From the NCBI GenBank assembly GCA_947457285.1, contig CANGVZ010000001.1:1-36519 (forward strand): DNA of 36,519 bases. The letters run 5' to 3'. The DNA is from Flavobacteriales bacterium. Its GTDB lineage: Bacteria > Bacteroidota > Bacteroidia > Flavobacteriales_D > Sanyastnellaceae. The notes under the pieces were generated by a model. The model worked only from the letters and a program-made list of their open reading frames with translations. It was not told where the DNA came from and searched no databases. Position numbers and translations under genes: made by a program. Positions 9,489 to 19,291 of the stretch are shown piece by piece; the stretch's first letter is position 1, and each line of letters begins with the position of its first letter.

Positions 9489-11027
9489 ATGCTCGTAAAA
9501 ACTTTTGGAAGTGCAGTATTTGGTGTACATGCCGCCACGATAACGATTGAAGTGAACGCAGATCGCGGCGCGCAGATGGCCATTGTAGGCCTTCCTGACG
9601 CTGCCGTCAAAGAGGCACAGCAACGCATTAAAGCAGCGCTCACCAATAGTGGATTCGAAACCCCTATTCGCAGTTTGACAATCAATATGGCCCCAGCCGA
9701 TGTGCGAAAAGAAGGAACTGCATACGACCTTCCACTCGCCATCGGTCTGATGGCCGCCACCGAACAAATACCGCCCGACAGGATAAGTGATTTCATTATT
9801 ATGGGCGAACTCTCTCTTGATGGCGGGTTAAGGCCCATCAAGGGATCTCTACCCATCGCTATACAGGCCGCCAGAGAAGGATTTAAGGGAATGATTGTCC
9901 CCGCAGAAAATGCGCGGGAGGCGGCCATTGTTAGCGATGTTGAAGTCTATGGAGTCGAAACTTTGGCTGATGTTGTGGGTTTCTTTCGCGGCGAAAAAGA
10001 AATCGAACGCGTGGTCGTCAACGCACGTGAAGAATTCCTCAATAGCCTCGACAATTACACCGTCGACTTCGTGGATGTAAAAGGCCAAGAAAATATCAAG
10101 CGTGCCTTTGAAATCGCCGCCGCTGGCGGACATAACGTGATTCTCATCGGCCCACCTGGCGCAGGAAAAACAATGCTCGCCAAAAGACTTCCTACCATTC
10201 TGCCTCCATTAAGCCTCAAGGAAGCTCTCGAAACAACCAAAATTCATAGCGTGGCAGGAAAGACAAAAAAGAAAGAAGCACTCATCTCCGTTCGTCCATT
10301 CCGCTCACCCCACCACACGATCAGCGACGTCGCCCTCGTAGGCGGCGGCAGCTTTCCACAGCCTGGAGAGATCTCTCTGGCTCACAATGGTGTTCTATTT
10401 CTCGACGAACTTCCTGAGTTCAAACGCACCGTACTCGAGGTGATGCGCCAGCCCCTGGAAGATCGCTATATCACCATTTCACGAAGTAAATTTTCAATAG
10501 AATATCCCGCCTCATTCATGCTCATCGCTTCCATGAATCCCTGTCCTTGCGGATATTACAACCACCCCGAAAAAGAATGTGTATGCGGTGTCGGTGTCGT
10601 GCAGAAATACCTCAACAAAATCAGTGGTCCGCTGCTCGACCGCATAGACATTCATATCGAAGTGACTCCCGTCGGATTCCAACAACTGAGCAATCGATCA
10701 CAGGGGGAAACCAGCAAGGAGATTCGCGAACGCGTGATACGCGCGCGCAACATTCAAAGCGAGCGGTACCAGAATAGAAAAGAAATTCATTGCAACGCAC
10801 AAATGGATAGCAAACTTCTCAAGCAACTCTGCGTCATCGACGACACGGGAAACAAATTGCTACAAACCGCGATGAATCGACTAAAGCTGAGTGCACGTGC
10901 CTATGATCGAATTCTAAAAGTCGCCCGCACCATCGCAGACCTCGACGCCAGCGAAAGCATCCGCACCGAACACCTCGCCGAGGCTATTCAATATAGAAGC
11001 TTAGATAGAGAAAACTGGGCGGGGTGA
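9489..11027 (+). CDS. comM: YifB/ComM-family Mg-chelatase-like AAA+ ATPase
   Basis: [22 protein letters not shown] (N-terminal Lon-like domain), Walker [15 protein letters not shown], Walker [11 protein letters not shown], then the C-terminal [18 protein letters not shown] helix typical of the family. The ORF opens at 9441, but ATG 9489 gives the canonical 512-aa N-terminus. Confidence 0.92.
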   Translation: MLVKTFGSAVFGVHAATITIEVNADRGAQMAIVGLPDAAVKEAQQRIKAALTNSGFETPIRSLTINMAPADVRKEGTAYDLPLAIGLMAATEQIPPDRISDFIIMGELSLDGGLRPIKGSLPIAIQAAREGFKGMIVPAENAREAAIVSDVEVYGVETLADVVGFFRGEKEIERVVVNAREEFLNSLDNYTVDFVDVKGQENIKRAFEIAAAGGHNVILIGPPGAGKTMLAKRLPTILPPLSLKEALETTKIHSVAGKTKKKEALISVRPFRSPHHTISDVALVGGGSFPQPGEISLAHNGVLFLDELPEFKRTVLEVMRQPLEDRYITISRSKFSIEYPASFMLIASMNPCPCGYYNHPEKECVCGVGVVQKYLNKISGPLLDRIDIHIEVTPVGFQQLSNRSQGETSKEIRERVIRARNIQSERYQNRKEIHCNAQMDSKLLKQLCVIDDTGNKLLQTAMNRLKLSARAYDRILKVARTIADLDASESIRTEHLAEAIQYRSLDRENWAG

Positions 11028-11031
11028 TAAA

Positions 11032-11781
11032 CTACAACTTCCGAATGATAAACTCGAAACCATTCGACTGCCTCAAGCATTCTACATTGTAATACAAAGA
11101 GCTCAACTCTTTGGCTTCAGTAGAAGAGAGTTTTCTTTTATATCGCAAGCCTAAATAAGCAAGTTTGGACTTGAGTTTAATCCAACCCCGAATCATTGAA
11201 GCGATGATCTTTCTTGAATATTTAAATGGAATAGGATACAATAAAACACGCAAATGGTAATCAATGCCGAAAGCGCTGCCACCAGCAATTCTTTCGAGCT
11301 TCATCCCGTTGATTTTCGCATAATGCTCCAGTGCTTTAAATGAAAGATGTGAATATGAAATTTCATGAAAACACTCCATGAATGCAACGTATCCCACAAA
11401 ACACCCGCCAGGCTTGATAACCCGTGCAGTCTCCGCAAATGCTTTTCCAACATCTGGAATGTGCTCCAATACTGCATCCATCACAGCCACATCAAAGCTT
11501 GCGTCTTCAAATGGTAAATTCTCCGCATCAGCAACTACCGTATGCGCACCGCCCTCAAATGGCTCCACACCCACCCATTCGCCTCCCACAGACTCTACCA
11601 CCTTCCTATTGCGACCATAGCCACAACCGATATCAACCACCCTCTTATTCACCACCAAATCCTTCAAATCATAGAGCGCTTTGTTTATCAATATCTCGCA
11701 ATCCGGCGCTTGATCGCGCAGCGTGAGAACACGGACTCCCTCTCCCTTCACGGGATTTTCTCTATTCATTGTGTTATCCAT
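11032..11781 (-). CDS. Class I SAM-dependent methyltransferase (Methyltransf_11-like)
   Basis: Motif I VVDIGCGYGRN, then VGVEP and FDVAVMDAVLEHIPD. The ORF track uses TTG at 11787. The first ATG at 11781 lies 2 nt after the stop of the upstream dehydrogenase gene; the ATG at 11769 is an alternative. Confidence 0.8.
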   Translation of the reverse strand: MDNTMNRENPVKGEGVRVLTLRDQAPDCEILINKALYDLKDLVVNKRVVDIGCGYGRNRKVVESVGGEWVGVEPFEGGAHTVVADAENLPFEDASFDVAVMDAVLEHIPDVGKAFAETARVIKPGGCFVGYVAFMECFHEISYSHLSFKALEHYAKINGMKLERIAGGSAFGIDYHLRVLLYPIPFKYSRKIIASMIRGWIKLKSKLAYLGLRYKRKLSSTEAKELSSLYYNVECLRQSNGFEFIIRKL

Positions 11782-11783
11782 GC

Positions 11784-13055
11784 TCAACTGTAGAGTTTTA
11801 TTTGCTTATTAGAGATGTTGAAATCCATTAGCTGATAAAAGTTAAGAACTGTAGCTGACGTGGGAATAGCCTTTAAGTAATCATCAAATCCTTTCTTACA
11901 AACCACTATCAAGTCGGCGTTCTCGAACGCCTCTTCTGCGGTAGACGCCACATAGCGAACCACTGAGGCGTGTTCTATTCGAAGTGTCGAAATGTTAATG
12001 TCTTTATCAAAAATAGATATCTCTTCCGTATTCTCCCGAAGCTCGTAAAACAAACGCAACATCGGACTTTCTCTTACGTCATCCGTTCCGCTCTTAAATG
12101 TCAACCCAAACATTGCTACTTTCCTTGGCGAATGCTCATTCACCAAAGATTTCATCTTATTCAAAAGCTGATTGTTGCTCGGAATAATACTCGACACAAC
12201 AGGCATCACATAATTCTTTTCCGCTGCCAAGTGGTGAATTGCTCTTAGATCTTTTGGAAGACAACTGCCCCCAAACGGCAGCCCCGGACGCAAATATGTA
12301 GGCGCAATATTGAGATGCGTGTCCATCAAAAAGATTTCATTCGCCTTTTTTACATCCACCCCATAATGACTTCCCAATCCATAAACCTCATTGGCAAATG
12401 CGATTTTAATTGCGTGGAAAGCATTGTCAACATACTTCACAAACTCCGCGGTGCGGAAGTCCGTGAACACAAGAGGAATCTTTTCGTCAAACGAAAGCAG
12501 TTGGCGCAATTCTTCATTGTCGTCAGTATTAGAGCCCACTACAACACGCGAACAATTGAAGAAATCATTGATAGCCGAACCTTCTCTCAAAAACTCTGGC
12601 AAGAAAGCTATCTTGGGCATCAGGGAAGCATCTAGTTCAGAAAAACACTCTTTAATCAAGCGCTCAATTGTGCCAGGAGGAATAGTGCTTCTATATACAA
12701 CCGTATACTTCCTGCCCGTGCGCTTGATATAATCAACAATGTCCAGTGTCGTGTTTAATGTAAAATCCAAATTAACCTCACCGTCTGCGGTGCTAGGTGT
12801 ACCAACGCAAATCAAAGCCACATTTGTTTTGTCTAAAACTAACTGTGCATCAGAATTAGCGTTGATTCTTCCCGACTTGAGACCTTCTTCCAACAACTCA
12901 TCCACACCGGGCTCGTAGATAGGGCTTTTGCCCTTAGCAATAGCGTCAACCTTTTGAGATTTAATATCACAACCCCAAACATTGTGGCCCAGCTTTGAAA
13001 AACATACCAGATTAACTACACCAACATATCCAAGTCCAAATACGGCTATATTCAT
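11784..13055 (-). CDS. Nucleotide-sugar dehydrogenase (UDP-glucose/GDP-mannose dehydrogenase family)
   Basis: 423 aa. N-terminal Rossmann motif IAVFGLGYVGVV and catalytic-Cys motif FGGSCLPKDL. Substrate specificity cannot be assigned from sequence alone. Confidence 0.88.
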   Translation of the reverse strand: MNIAVFGLGYVGVVNLVCFSKLGHNVWGCDIKSQKVDAIAKGKSPIYEPGVDELLEEGLKSGRINANSDAQLVLDKTNVALICVGTPSTADGEVNLDFTLNTTLDIVDYIKRTGRKYTVVYRSTIPPGTIERLIKECFSELDASLMPKIAFLPEFLREGSAINDFFNCSRVVVGSNTDDNEELRQLLSFDEKIPLVFTDFRTAEFVKYVDNAFHAIKIAFANEVYGLGSHYGVDVKKANEIFLMDTHLNIAPTYLRPGLPFGGSCLPKDLRAIHHLAAEKNYVMPVVSSIIPSNNQLLNKMKSLVNEHSPRKVAMFGLTFKSGTDDVRESPMLRLFYELRENTEEISIFDKDINISTLRIEHASVVRYVASTAEEAFENADLIVVCKKGFDDYLKAIPTSATVLNFYQLMDFNISNKQIKLYS

Positions 13056-14104
13056 GATTCAACAACTTGTTTGTACAATTCCATTGTGCGCGCGGCGATC
13101 ACAGGCCAATCGAACTGTGTTGCTTCGCTTCGGCAAATATCACTAATTGTTTCACGTTCCGATTCGGATAAGTCAAAATAGGCTTTCATCTTAGTAATTG
13201 CATCATTTGCATCATCACGTTTGTGAAACGATATAGCACTTTCACTGAGACTAGATTTCTCTTTCAAAACATCTGTCATCAGCACTGGCACTCCAAGCGC
13301 CAACGACTCCAATAGCGCGTTGTTTCCGCTAGCCTCTGTAACGGGCAAAAACATTAACGCCGAACGAAAAACCTCCAACTTCAAACCCGCGTCATCCAAC
13401 CCTTCATGCACCGTTACGCCCAATGCACGAAACTCCGCCTTCATATCTTCATTCAAGTTTCGATTTATTAAATGAAAATCTATGTTTATGCGTAAATTTT
13501 TACACGTCTCAACTACATTTCGATAAAGATTCCAATCCCTTTTCCAGTTTCCAACTGTAATTACCCTGCGCGAGTCCTTTTTCTCTCCATTATTTACAAA
13601 ACCTTCAAAAGCCTTGGTAAACGCCTCAAGATGCACTCCCAATGGGATGACATGGATTTTACTCGCGTCCATCACCTCACTCAACGCCTTTTTCTGAGAT
13701 GCCTCAGTTACGATTGCTGCGCTGATTTTTTTAAATCTATTCTTTGTAAATAAATGAGTGATTGCGCCGACTCGGCCTTTATAATCGCCCTTGCGCACTT
13801 CGCGAAGCAGAGATTCATATGGCTGGTGAAATGTCACAACAATGGGCAAGTTTGGATAAAGCCAAGGTGAAAATCTAAAATAATCTTCGCCGTACATGAT
13901 ATGTATAAGGTCTATCTCCTTCGCATACTTTCTTATCTCAAATTCATACAGCCATTGATACTTAGCCTTAATTCCCTTCTTTGTAATTTCCCTGTCCTCA
14001 TCAACACCGAGCTCTACCTTGGGTTTCACGAACTTGATCAATTGCTTATACCCGCCATTCGCTCCATGGTGAGAAAATTTTGTAAGCAACACTAAAACGC
14101 GCAT
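13052..14104 (-). CDS. Glycosyltransferase, GT4/GT-B fold
   Basis: 350 aa. C-terminal EASGNNALLESLALGVPVLMTD (EX7E-type motif). Its stop overlaps the dehydrogenase start by 4 nt (ATGA at 13052-13055), indicating translational coupling. Confidence 0.78.
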   Translation of the reverse strand: MRVLVLLTKFSHHGANGGYKQLIKFVKPKVELGVDEDREITKKGIKAKYQWLYEFEIRKYAKEIDLIHIMYGEDYFRFSPWLYPNLPIVVTFHQPYESLLREVRKGDYKGRVGAITHLFTKNRFKKISAAIVTEASQKKALSEVMDASKIHVIPLGVHLEAFTKAFEGFVNNGEKKDSRRVITVGNWKRDWNLYRNVVETCKNLRINIDFHLINRNLNEDMKAEFRALGVTVHEGLDDAGLKLEVFRSALMFLPVTEASGNNALLESLALGVPVLMTDVLKEKSSLSESAISFHKRDDANDAITKMKAYFDLSESERETISDICRSEATQFDWPVIAARTMELYKQVVES

Positions 14105-14211
14105 TCGTTGAAATTTTACGACGAAGCTAATGATTTATGACTAACACTAATTGATCAACAATGCATATAAGCACTCCCCATGAGAATGGTGGCGCACAAT
14201 GCTCCCAGAAA

Positions 14212-14249
14212 TAAAAAATCCCCTCGCTCTACACTCGAGGGGATTTTCC
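14212..14249. terminator. Orphan bidirectional intrinsic terminator-like hairpin in a divergent intergenic region
   Basis: ATCCCCTCG (14218-14226), 9-nt loop, CGAGGGGAT (14236-14244). It is flanked by A-rich sequence on the left and TTTT on the right. On the minus strand the stem is followed by TTTTTTAT. Neither flanking gene reads into it. Confidence 0.7.
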
Positions 14250-14477
14250 ACTTAACCTTTATTTAACCTTAACCATTTAACTTACGAGTCGTTACCCGTA
14301 TATCTTTATTCTGGATGAATTATCTAACCAAATTGAACTCGAACCCCTGTTTACATTCTGCGTGCCAACAATAACTTTTGCTGAAAATCAGATAGTTATG
14401 TCGTGCCAAATCAACAAGTTTTTCCAAAAAATGGAATAGAATTATCAAAATTGGATACATTAGACAAAAATTAAATC

Positions 14478-14903
14478 ATGTTCGAAAATCTTCTTCAACT
14501 CGTAAAAGAAAACGCTTCCGAAGCCATCATCAACAATCCCGCTATACCCAACGACCGAAACGATGAGGCGATTTCACTCGCTTCTAATGGAATTTTTGAA
14601 GGCTTAAAAGACAAACTTTCAAACGGTGGTCTTCAAGATATTTTTTCCAACTCCAATCCTGCTCAGTCTGGCGCCACCAATCAAATCGCTGGTAATGTTG
14701 CAGGACAATTGATGGAGAAATTTGGACTCGACAACGGCGCCGCAAAAGGAATCGTTGAAAAGCTTATTCCCGTTGTCATGGAAAAATTCGTCAACAAGAC
14801 AAATGATCCAAACGACAACTCTTTCGACCTCGGCGACATCATGAAAAACCTTGGTGGCTCTGGTGGAATCGGCGGTATGCTCGGCGGTCTCTTCGGAAAA
14901 TAA
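14478..14903 (+). CDS. Small hypothetical protein (141 aa) with a Gly-rich C-terminus
   Basis: Clean ORF with ATG start and no signal peptide. It ends GGSGGIGGMLGGLFGK. I recognise no family confidently. Confidence 0.65.
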   Translation: MFENLLQLVKENASEAIINNPAIPNDRNDEAISLASNGIFEGLKDKLSNGGLQDIFSNSNPAQSGATNQIAGNVAGQLMEKFGLDNGAAKGIVEKLIPVVMEKFVNKTNDPNDNSFDLGDIMKNLGGSGGIGGMLGGLFGK

Positions 14904-14943
14904 GACCAGAAAAATCATCACAACTAAACAATCGTCCAGGTTT

Positions 14944-16080
14944 ATGGACAACATCAAACTTCTTGATTTACTTACAAATAAAAACGACCTCGATAGCGCG
15001 AGCTCTGCGCTGCTGTCGCTCGTTCAAAATATTTCGGACATCATCACACTTGTTGATTCCGAGGGGAAAATAATCTACCAAAGCGCTAGCGTCCGCCAGT
15101 CCATGGGCTGGGCAGAGAATGAATTGATTGGTAAAAACATTTTCGAGGTAACGCATCCCGAAGATCACGCTATCATTAAACAACAGTTTGAAAAAGCCAT
15201 GCAATCGCCGGGTATCGGCCCTCAGGCCGAATTCAGACTGCTCAATAAAGATGGCACTTTCATCTATCTCGATGCGCAAGGAAACAATCAGTTTCACAAT
15301 CCGCACATCAAAGCGCTTATCATCACCTCTCGTGATATTACGCCGAGAAAAATGGCAGATTTGGAGCTTAAAAAAGCAAACGAAATTTTACAATATCAAA
15401 ACGCTCAACTGCAATCTTTCTCACAAATATTATCTCATAATATTCGAAGTCACTCCGCCAATCTCTCGTCCATTGTGGATTTCATAGAAACAAGTGATTC
15501 CGAAAATGAAAAAGTTTCTTTTTTCGAAATGCTCAAAACAAGCACAAAAAAGCTTGAAGAAACTATTGTCAACCTCAATGAAATTTTAGAAATAAATCAG
15601 AAATTAAAACAACCAAAAGAGACGCTCAATTTAAAAGATGAAATCCAAAAAACAATTGGTGCGCTCGAAGCATTGATGGCCCAAAAAAACATTAGTGCCA
15701 TCGTTGATGTACCTGAAGACATTGAAATCACTATTGTTCCAGCGTTTCTCGATAGCATCCTGCTCAATCTTATCAGCAACGCTATCAAATACTCAGACCC
15801 CGACAAAGACTCTTACCTTGCTATCACAGCCGATAGCCTCTTTGGTCTTATCACCATTTTCGTTAAAGACAATGGCCTCGGAATCGATTTGCAGCGCCAT
15901 GGAAAAAAGATTTTTCACCTCTATAAAACATTCCATGAGCGTGAAGATAGCCGCGGCCTTGGTTTGTTTATGGTAAAAAATCAAATCGAGGCTATGAATG
16001 GAACAATATCCGTTCAAAGCGAAGTTGGAATAGGAACCACCTTCAAAATCACACTACCGAAAACGCCTGCCAGTTCTTAA
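14944..16080 (+). CDS. Soluble PAS-domain sensor histidine kinase (no receiver domain)
   Basis: PAS-like region (ITLVDSEGKIIYQSASVRQSMGWAENELIGKNIFEVTHPED). H-box-like FSQILSHNIRSHSANL. N box LISNAIKYS, G1 DNGLGID, G2 GLGLFMVKN. The track ORF opens at 14851 and would overlap the upstream gene; ATG 14944 (MDNIKLLD) is preferred. No transmembrane segment. Confidence 0.88.
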   Translation: MDNIKLLDLLTNKNDLDSASSALLSLVQNISDIITLVDSEGKIIYQSASVRQSMGWAENELIGKNIFEVTHPEDHAIIKQQFEKAMQSPGIGPQAEFRLLNKDGTFIYLDAQGNNQFHNPHIKALIITSRDITPRKMADLELKKANEILQYQNAQLQSFSQILSHNIRSHSANLSSIVDFIETSDSENEKVSFFEMLKTSTKKLEETIVNLNEILEINQKLKQPKETLNLKDEIQKTIGALEALMAQKNISAIVDVPEDIEITIVPAFLDSILLNLISNAIKYSDPDKDSYLAITADSLFGLITIFVKDNGLGIDLQRHGKKIFHLYKTFHEREDSRGLGLFMVKNQIEAMNGTISVQSEVGIGTTFKITLPKTPASS

Positions 16081-16092
16081 ACCCTTATTATC

Positions 16093-17127
16093 ATGGCTGA
16101 AAAACATCTTTCTGGTAAAAACATCTTCCAACAACTCGTCAGAGATTTAATTGGAAAAGACTCTCATAGAGGCGTTACGCTTACTTACTCGTGGCTCGCA
16201 AATCAATTAGGACATTTTTCTCTTGGATTTTTTCCTGCAATGACCGTATACAAGCTGATTGAGGATACGAATTTCTCATTAAGTCCTGAATTCATCGCAG
16301 GATTGAGCATATCCGGATTGTGGTTCGCTTTTGAAGTATTCAACTTATTTTATCCCTTAAGAAAAAAAAATACCGTCAACAAAACATTCAAACCCAGTTG
16401 GGGCAACTTGATCTTTGACACCTCCACCGACATCGTATTCTTTGCGTTTGGGGCGTTCATGGCCGCTTTTGCAATGAGCAGCAATACGGACATGCTATAC
16501 ATCGCTTTAGCCTTGTTGGCTTTATTACTCTATCCCATTCGTTTCTGGTACGTCACCAAGATGTATCAACAAGAAGCAAAATTTCCTTTTCAGGCGCGCC
16601 TGAGCCAACTTGAAGTAGCCTTTTCCAATGACGATCGTGATAAAATTGTTCGCTTCATGAGCGATGACAATGAAGGACAGCACCTACTCATATTTGGTGC
16701 CCATCGCAGCGGCAAAACCTCGCTTAGCGTCGCAATAGCAAATGAAAAAGCCATAAAAAACAAAAAGGCTCATTATTCTTCAGTAACTAAACTACTGGAT
16801 GAATATTTTCAAAAAAGTATTGCAAACCCCAATGAATTGGGACTACTGTGGGATTGGAGCACTACTGAATACTTGGTCATCGACGATGTCAACCCCTCCA
16901 TTGAAACTGGCGTGGAACTGATTTCTGCTCAACAGTTCAAATCGCTGTTGCTAAACACCAATTTCCAGGAAAGAAATAAAAAAGTACTTTCTAAAGTGAA
17001 CCATATTTGGGTTCTTGGAGATCAAGAAAATGATTCCATTAAGATTAGCTCTCAATGGAATCAAATGCTTGTGGATTGCGGAGTTCCTGCACCGAATATT
17101 CATTCGGTTTTTTTGAAAAAAAGATAA
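16093..17127 (+). CDS. Membrane-anchored P-loop NTPase of unknown function (about 4 TM helices plus a DnaC/IstB-like minimal ATPase domain)
   Basis: 344 aa. Hydrophobic segments lie at about aa 30-55, 66-86, 104-128 and 133-155. Walker A is GAHRSGKTS (16696-22). Walker B is LVIDDV (16873-16890). The gene starts 12 nt after the kinase stop. Confidence 0.75.
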   Translation: MAEKHLSGKNIFQQLVRDLIGKDSHRGVTLTYSWLANQLGHFSLGFFPAMTVYKLIEDTNFSLSPEFIAGLSISGLWFAFEVFNLFYPLRKKNTVNKTFKPSWGNLIFDTSTDIVFFAFGAFMAAFAMSSNTDMLYIALALLALLLYPIRFWYVTKMYQQEAKFPFQARLSQLEVAFSNDDRDKIVRFMSDDNEGQHLLIFGAHRSGKTSLSVAIANEKAIKNKKAHYSSVTKLLDEYFQKSIANPNELGLLWDWSTTEYLVIDDVNPSIETGVELISAQQFKSLLLNTNFQERNKKVLSKVNHIWVLGDQENDSIKISSQWNQMLVDCGVPAPNIHSVFLKKR

Positions 17128-17128
17128 A

Positions 17129-19291
17129 TTACCGAACGATCACTCGGTCGATTACTTTGCCTCTTTTACAATTTGCTTTGATAATATATGTCCCTTGTGA
17201 AAGCGTGGTCAGATCTATTTCTCCGCGTTCTTGCGGGCCAAAATCCGCCACTACCTTTCCAAAAAAGTCTACTACTACAACATGGCTGAGATACTGATCA
17301 AATCGAAGGTTTCCTTCCGTGGGATTCGGATACATTCTCACATTTACCCTTACACTTTCATCTACCTGTAATGAGCCCGCACCGTCATTAGGGTTGATCA
17401 TGTTATCTGATTTGTAGTAAACTAAAATTGCGCTTTCATTGCTTGGGCCTGCTGCGCCCCATGCGGGTACATTACTTACCGGAATGGACCCCCCATCAGC
17501 CACTCCAGCTGTAGCATAATGCCTTCCTACAGCCACAATGCCATCTGATGTTTTGTATAAACCATACAACTCGGTATTTCCTCCGCCAGCTTGAGTAAGG
17601 GTATCCCATTCACCCACCACGAGCGAACTATACACCGGTACATTGAAATCATCTTCATAAAGACGGACAAAACTATTCCAACAACTTGAGCCTCCATATT
17701 GCGGTTTTACCATTTTCTGATAGGCATTAGCCGTTGTAATTGTTCTTCTTCCGAGCGCAACAATTCCAACTTTTCCGTCGCTCGCTACTTCGAGCGCGTT
17801 CTTTGCCATTCGCGTGGTATTCACATTCGGCCAACCACCGTTAGGATTGGGCCATCCATCCAAGTTTGGATCAGGATGTGCTGCACCAAAATTGGTAGCG
17901 CCCTCAGAGTATTCCGCCATGTAGGTCGTGTTCATCAAATTGCCTTCAGCTAAAGTCAATTTTCCCAACCACGAAATATGTATATCTCCTTGTGTGCCGG
18001 TAAATCTGTTCTGGAAGCCCAGTGCGCTGGGATTCGCTAATATCTGATTTCCTTCCCAAAAATTTTCTGTGTTATTTCCATGACAACGCGCTCCCACTAC
18101 GAGTTTATCAGAGCTGTAATCGATTGCTAATGCATCCACATACTGATCGGGAATAGATGGCTGTATTTCTCCTTCAGGATTAATCTCATGATACAAACGA
18201 CTCCACCATTTTACCGCACCTTGATTGTCAAAAGCAATGACAGCGGGCTCAAAGTCAGGCGTGCCTCCTCCTTCGGGAAAATTGTAATAGGATTTAAAAT
18301 TCATTCCCAGATAAACATGGTTGTCTCTTCTATCCACAACGATAGACGACGCTCCCCAAACCGGACAACACGACTCTGGTGAATAGCCATTATAACCGGG
18401 GCTTTCCGCTGTCACATTGTTAATGTCACATGGTCCTGTATAGAAAAAATCTGAGGGCCACGTTCCTTTCTTCGTGCCACCGTTGCCGTCAGGTAAAATG
18501 GCATCAAACTCTTCCTGCGTCCAAGAACGCATTTCACAACGACCCCACGACTTCATTACAATACCGCTATAGCTCAAACTGCTTGAGCCCGCATAGGAAG
18601 AAGCGGGAGTACCCTTCCATTCCCCGTCTTGTACCTGCCAGTGAGTGCGCCAGTTTTCAACTACTCTTCGCTCACCATTGGCATTAAGACAATACATGGC
18701 ACTCCAGTCATATCCGTGTGACTCACCACTCACGTAATATATTTCTCCATCGCTCGTAACATCCCATGGATGGGCTTCTTTAGCGTAATTCTTGGCCCAT
18801 ACCTGTCTCGTCCATACACAGCCTGTCGGGGTTGCATCCACAAAATTAGAGTTCAACTTAGCGAGCAGATAGCCACCGTTATTATTGTCAGTGTCACTTG
18901 TATTACAACTGATAAACAAGTCCTGTGTTGCAGCATAGGGCAACGAATTGGTCTTTATAAAACGAACGTCTTCTACAACACCTTGTGGAAAATGTACGAC
19001 CTGAAGCAATTGCGTGAGCGTGGAATTAAAATGAAGAATAATCCCGTAGCGATTGGTACCCTGTCCATTGGAAATACTTCCTGGATATGTGAGCTCAATG
19101 CGCGGTACCGCTGGAGCAACCCAATCCAAATTCTCGCAATATCCAGTTACCAAGAATGTCCCGTCACTGATTTGCATAACATCGTAGAACGTTTCTTTTC
19201 CCGTGTTTCCTGCATAGGTTACCAAGTCCGATTGACCAATAAAAAATAAAGGAGACATGAGGAACACGAGCGCAATGATGAATCTTTTCAT
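17129..19291 (-). CDS. Secreted protein of unknown function (720 aa) with a T9SS type A C-terminal sorting domain
   Basis: Signal peptide MKRFIIALVFLMSPLFFIGQ. The C-terminal ~74 aa (17132-17353) read VRMYPNPTEGNLRFDQ...VVVDFFGKVVADF...LSQGTYIIKANCKRGKVIDRVIVR, matching the Por tail pattern. The Trp/Gly/Asn-rich body suggests a beta-propeller-like fold (inference only). Confidence 0.85.
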   Translation of the reverse strand: MKRFIIALVFLMSPLFFIGQSDLVTYAGNTGKETFYDVMQISDGTFLVTGYCENLDWVAPAVPRIELTYPGSISNGQGTNRYGIILHFNSTLTQLLQVVHFPQGVVEDVRFIKTNSLPYAATQDLFISCNTSDTDNNNGGYLLAKLNSNFVDATPTGCVWTRQVWAKNYAKEAHPWDVTSDGEIYYVSGESHGYDWSAMYCLNANGERRVVENWRTHWQVQDGEWKGTPASSYAGSSSLSYSGIVMKSWGRCEMRSWTQEEFDAILPDGNGGTKKGTWPSDFFYTGPCDINNVTAESPGYNGYSPESCCPVWGASSIVVDRRDNHVYLGMNFKSYYNFPEGGGTPDFEPAVIAFDNQGAVKWWSRLYHEINPEGEIQPSIPDQYVDALAIDYSSDKLVVGARCHGNNTENFWEGNQILANPSALGFQNRFTGTQGDIHISWLGKLTLAEGNLMNTTYMAEYSEGATNFGAAHPDPNLDGWPNPNGGWPNVNTTRMAKNALEVASDGKVGIVALGRRTITTANAYQKMVKPQYGGSSCWNSFVRLYEDDFNVPVYSSLVVGEWDTLTQAGGGNTELYGLYKTSDGIVAVGRHYATAGVADGGSIPVSNVPAWGAAGPSNESAILVYYKSDNMINPNDGAGSLQVDESVRVNVRMYPNPTEGNLRFDQYLSHVVVVDFFGKVVADFGPQERGEIDLTTLSQGTYIIKANCKRGKVIDRVIVR

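Noticed and set aside
14337-14352. tRNA T-arm-like word on the minus strand (GGGGTTCGAGTTC), possibly a tRNA or tRNA-derived att site remnant
   Set aside because: The 3' half of the T-stem does not pair (TCAA instead of CCCC). No acceptor, D or anticodon arms can be drawn around it, and no integrase is nearby.
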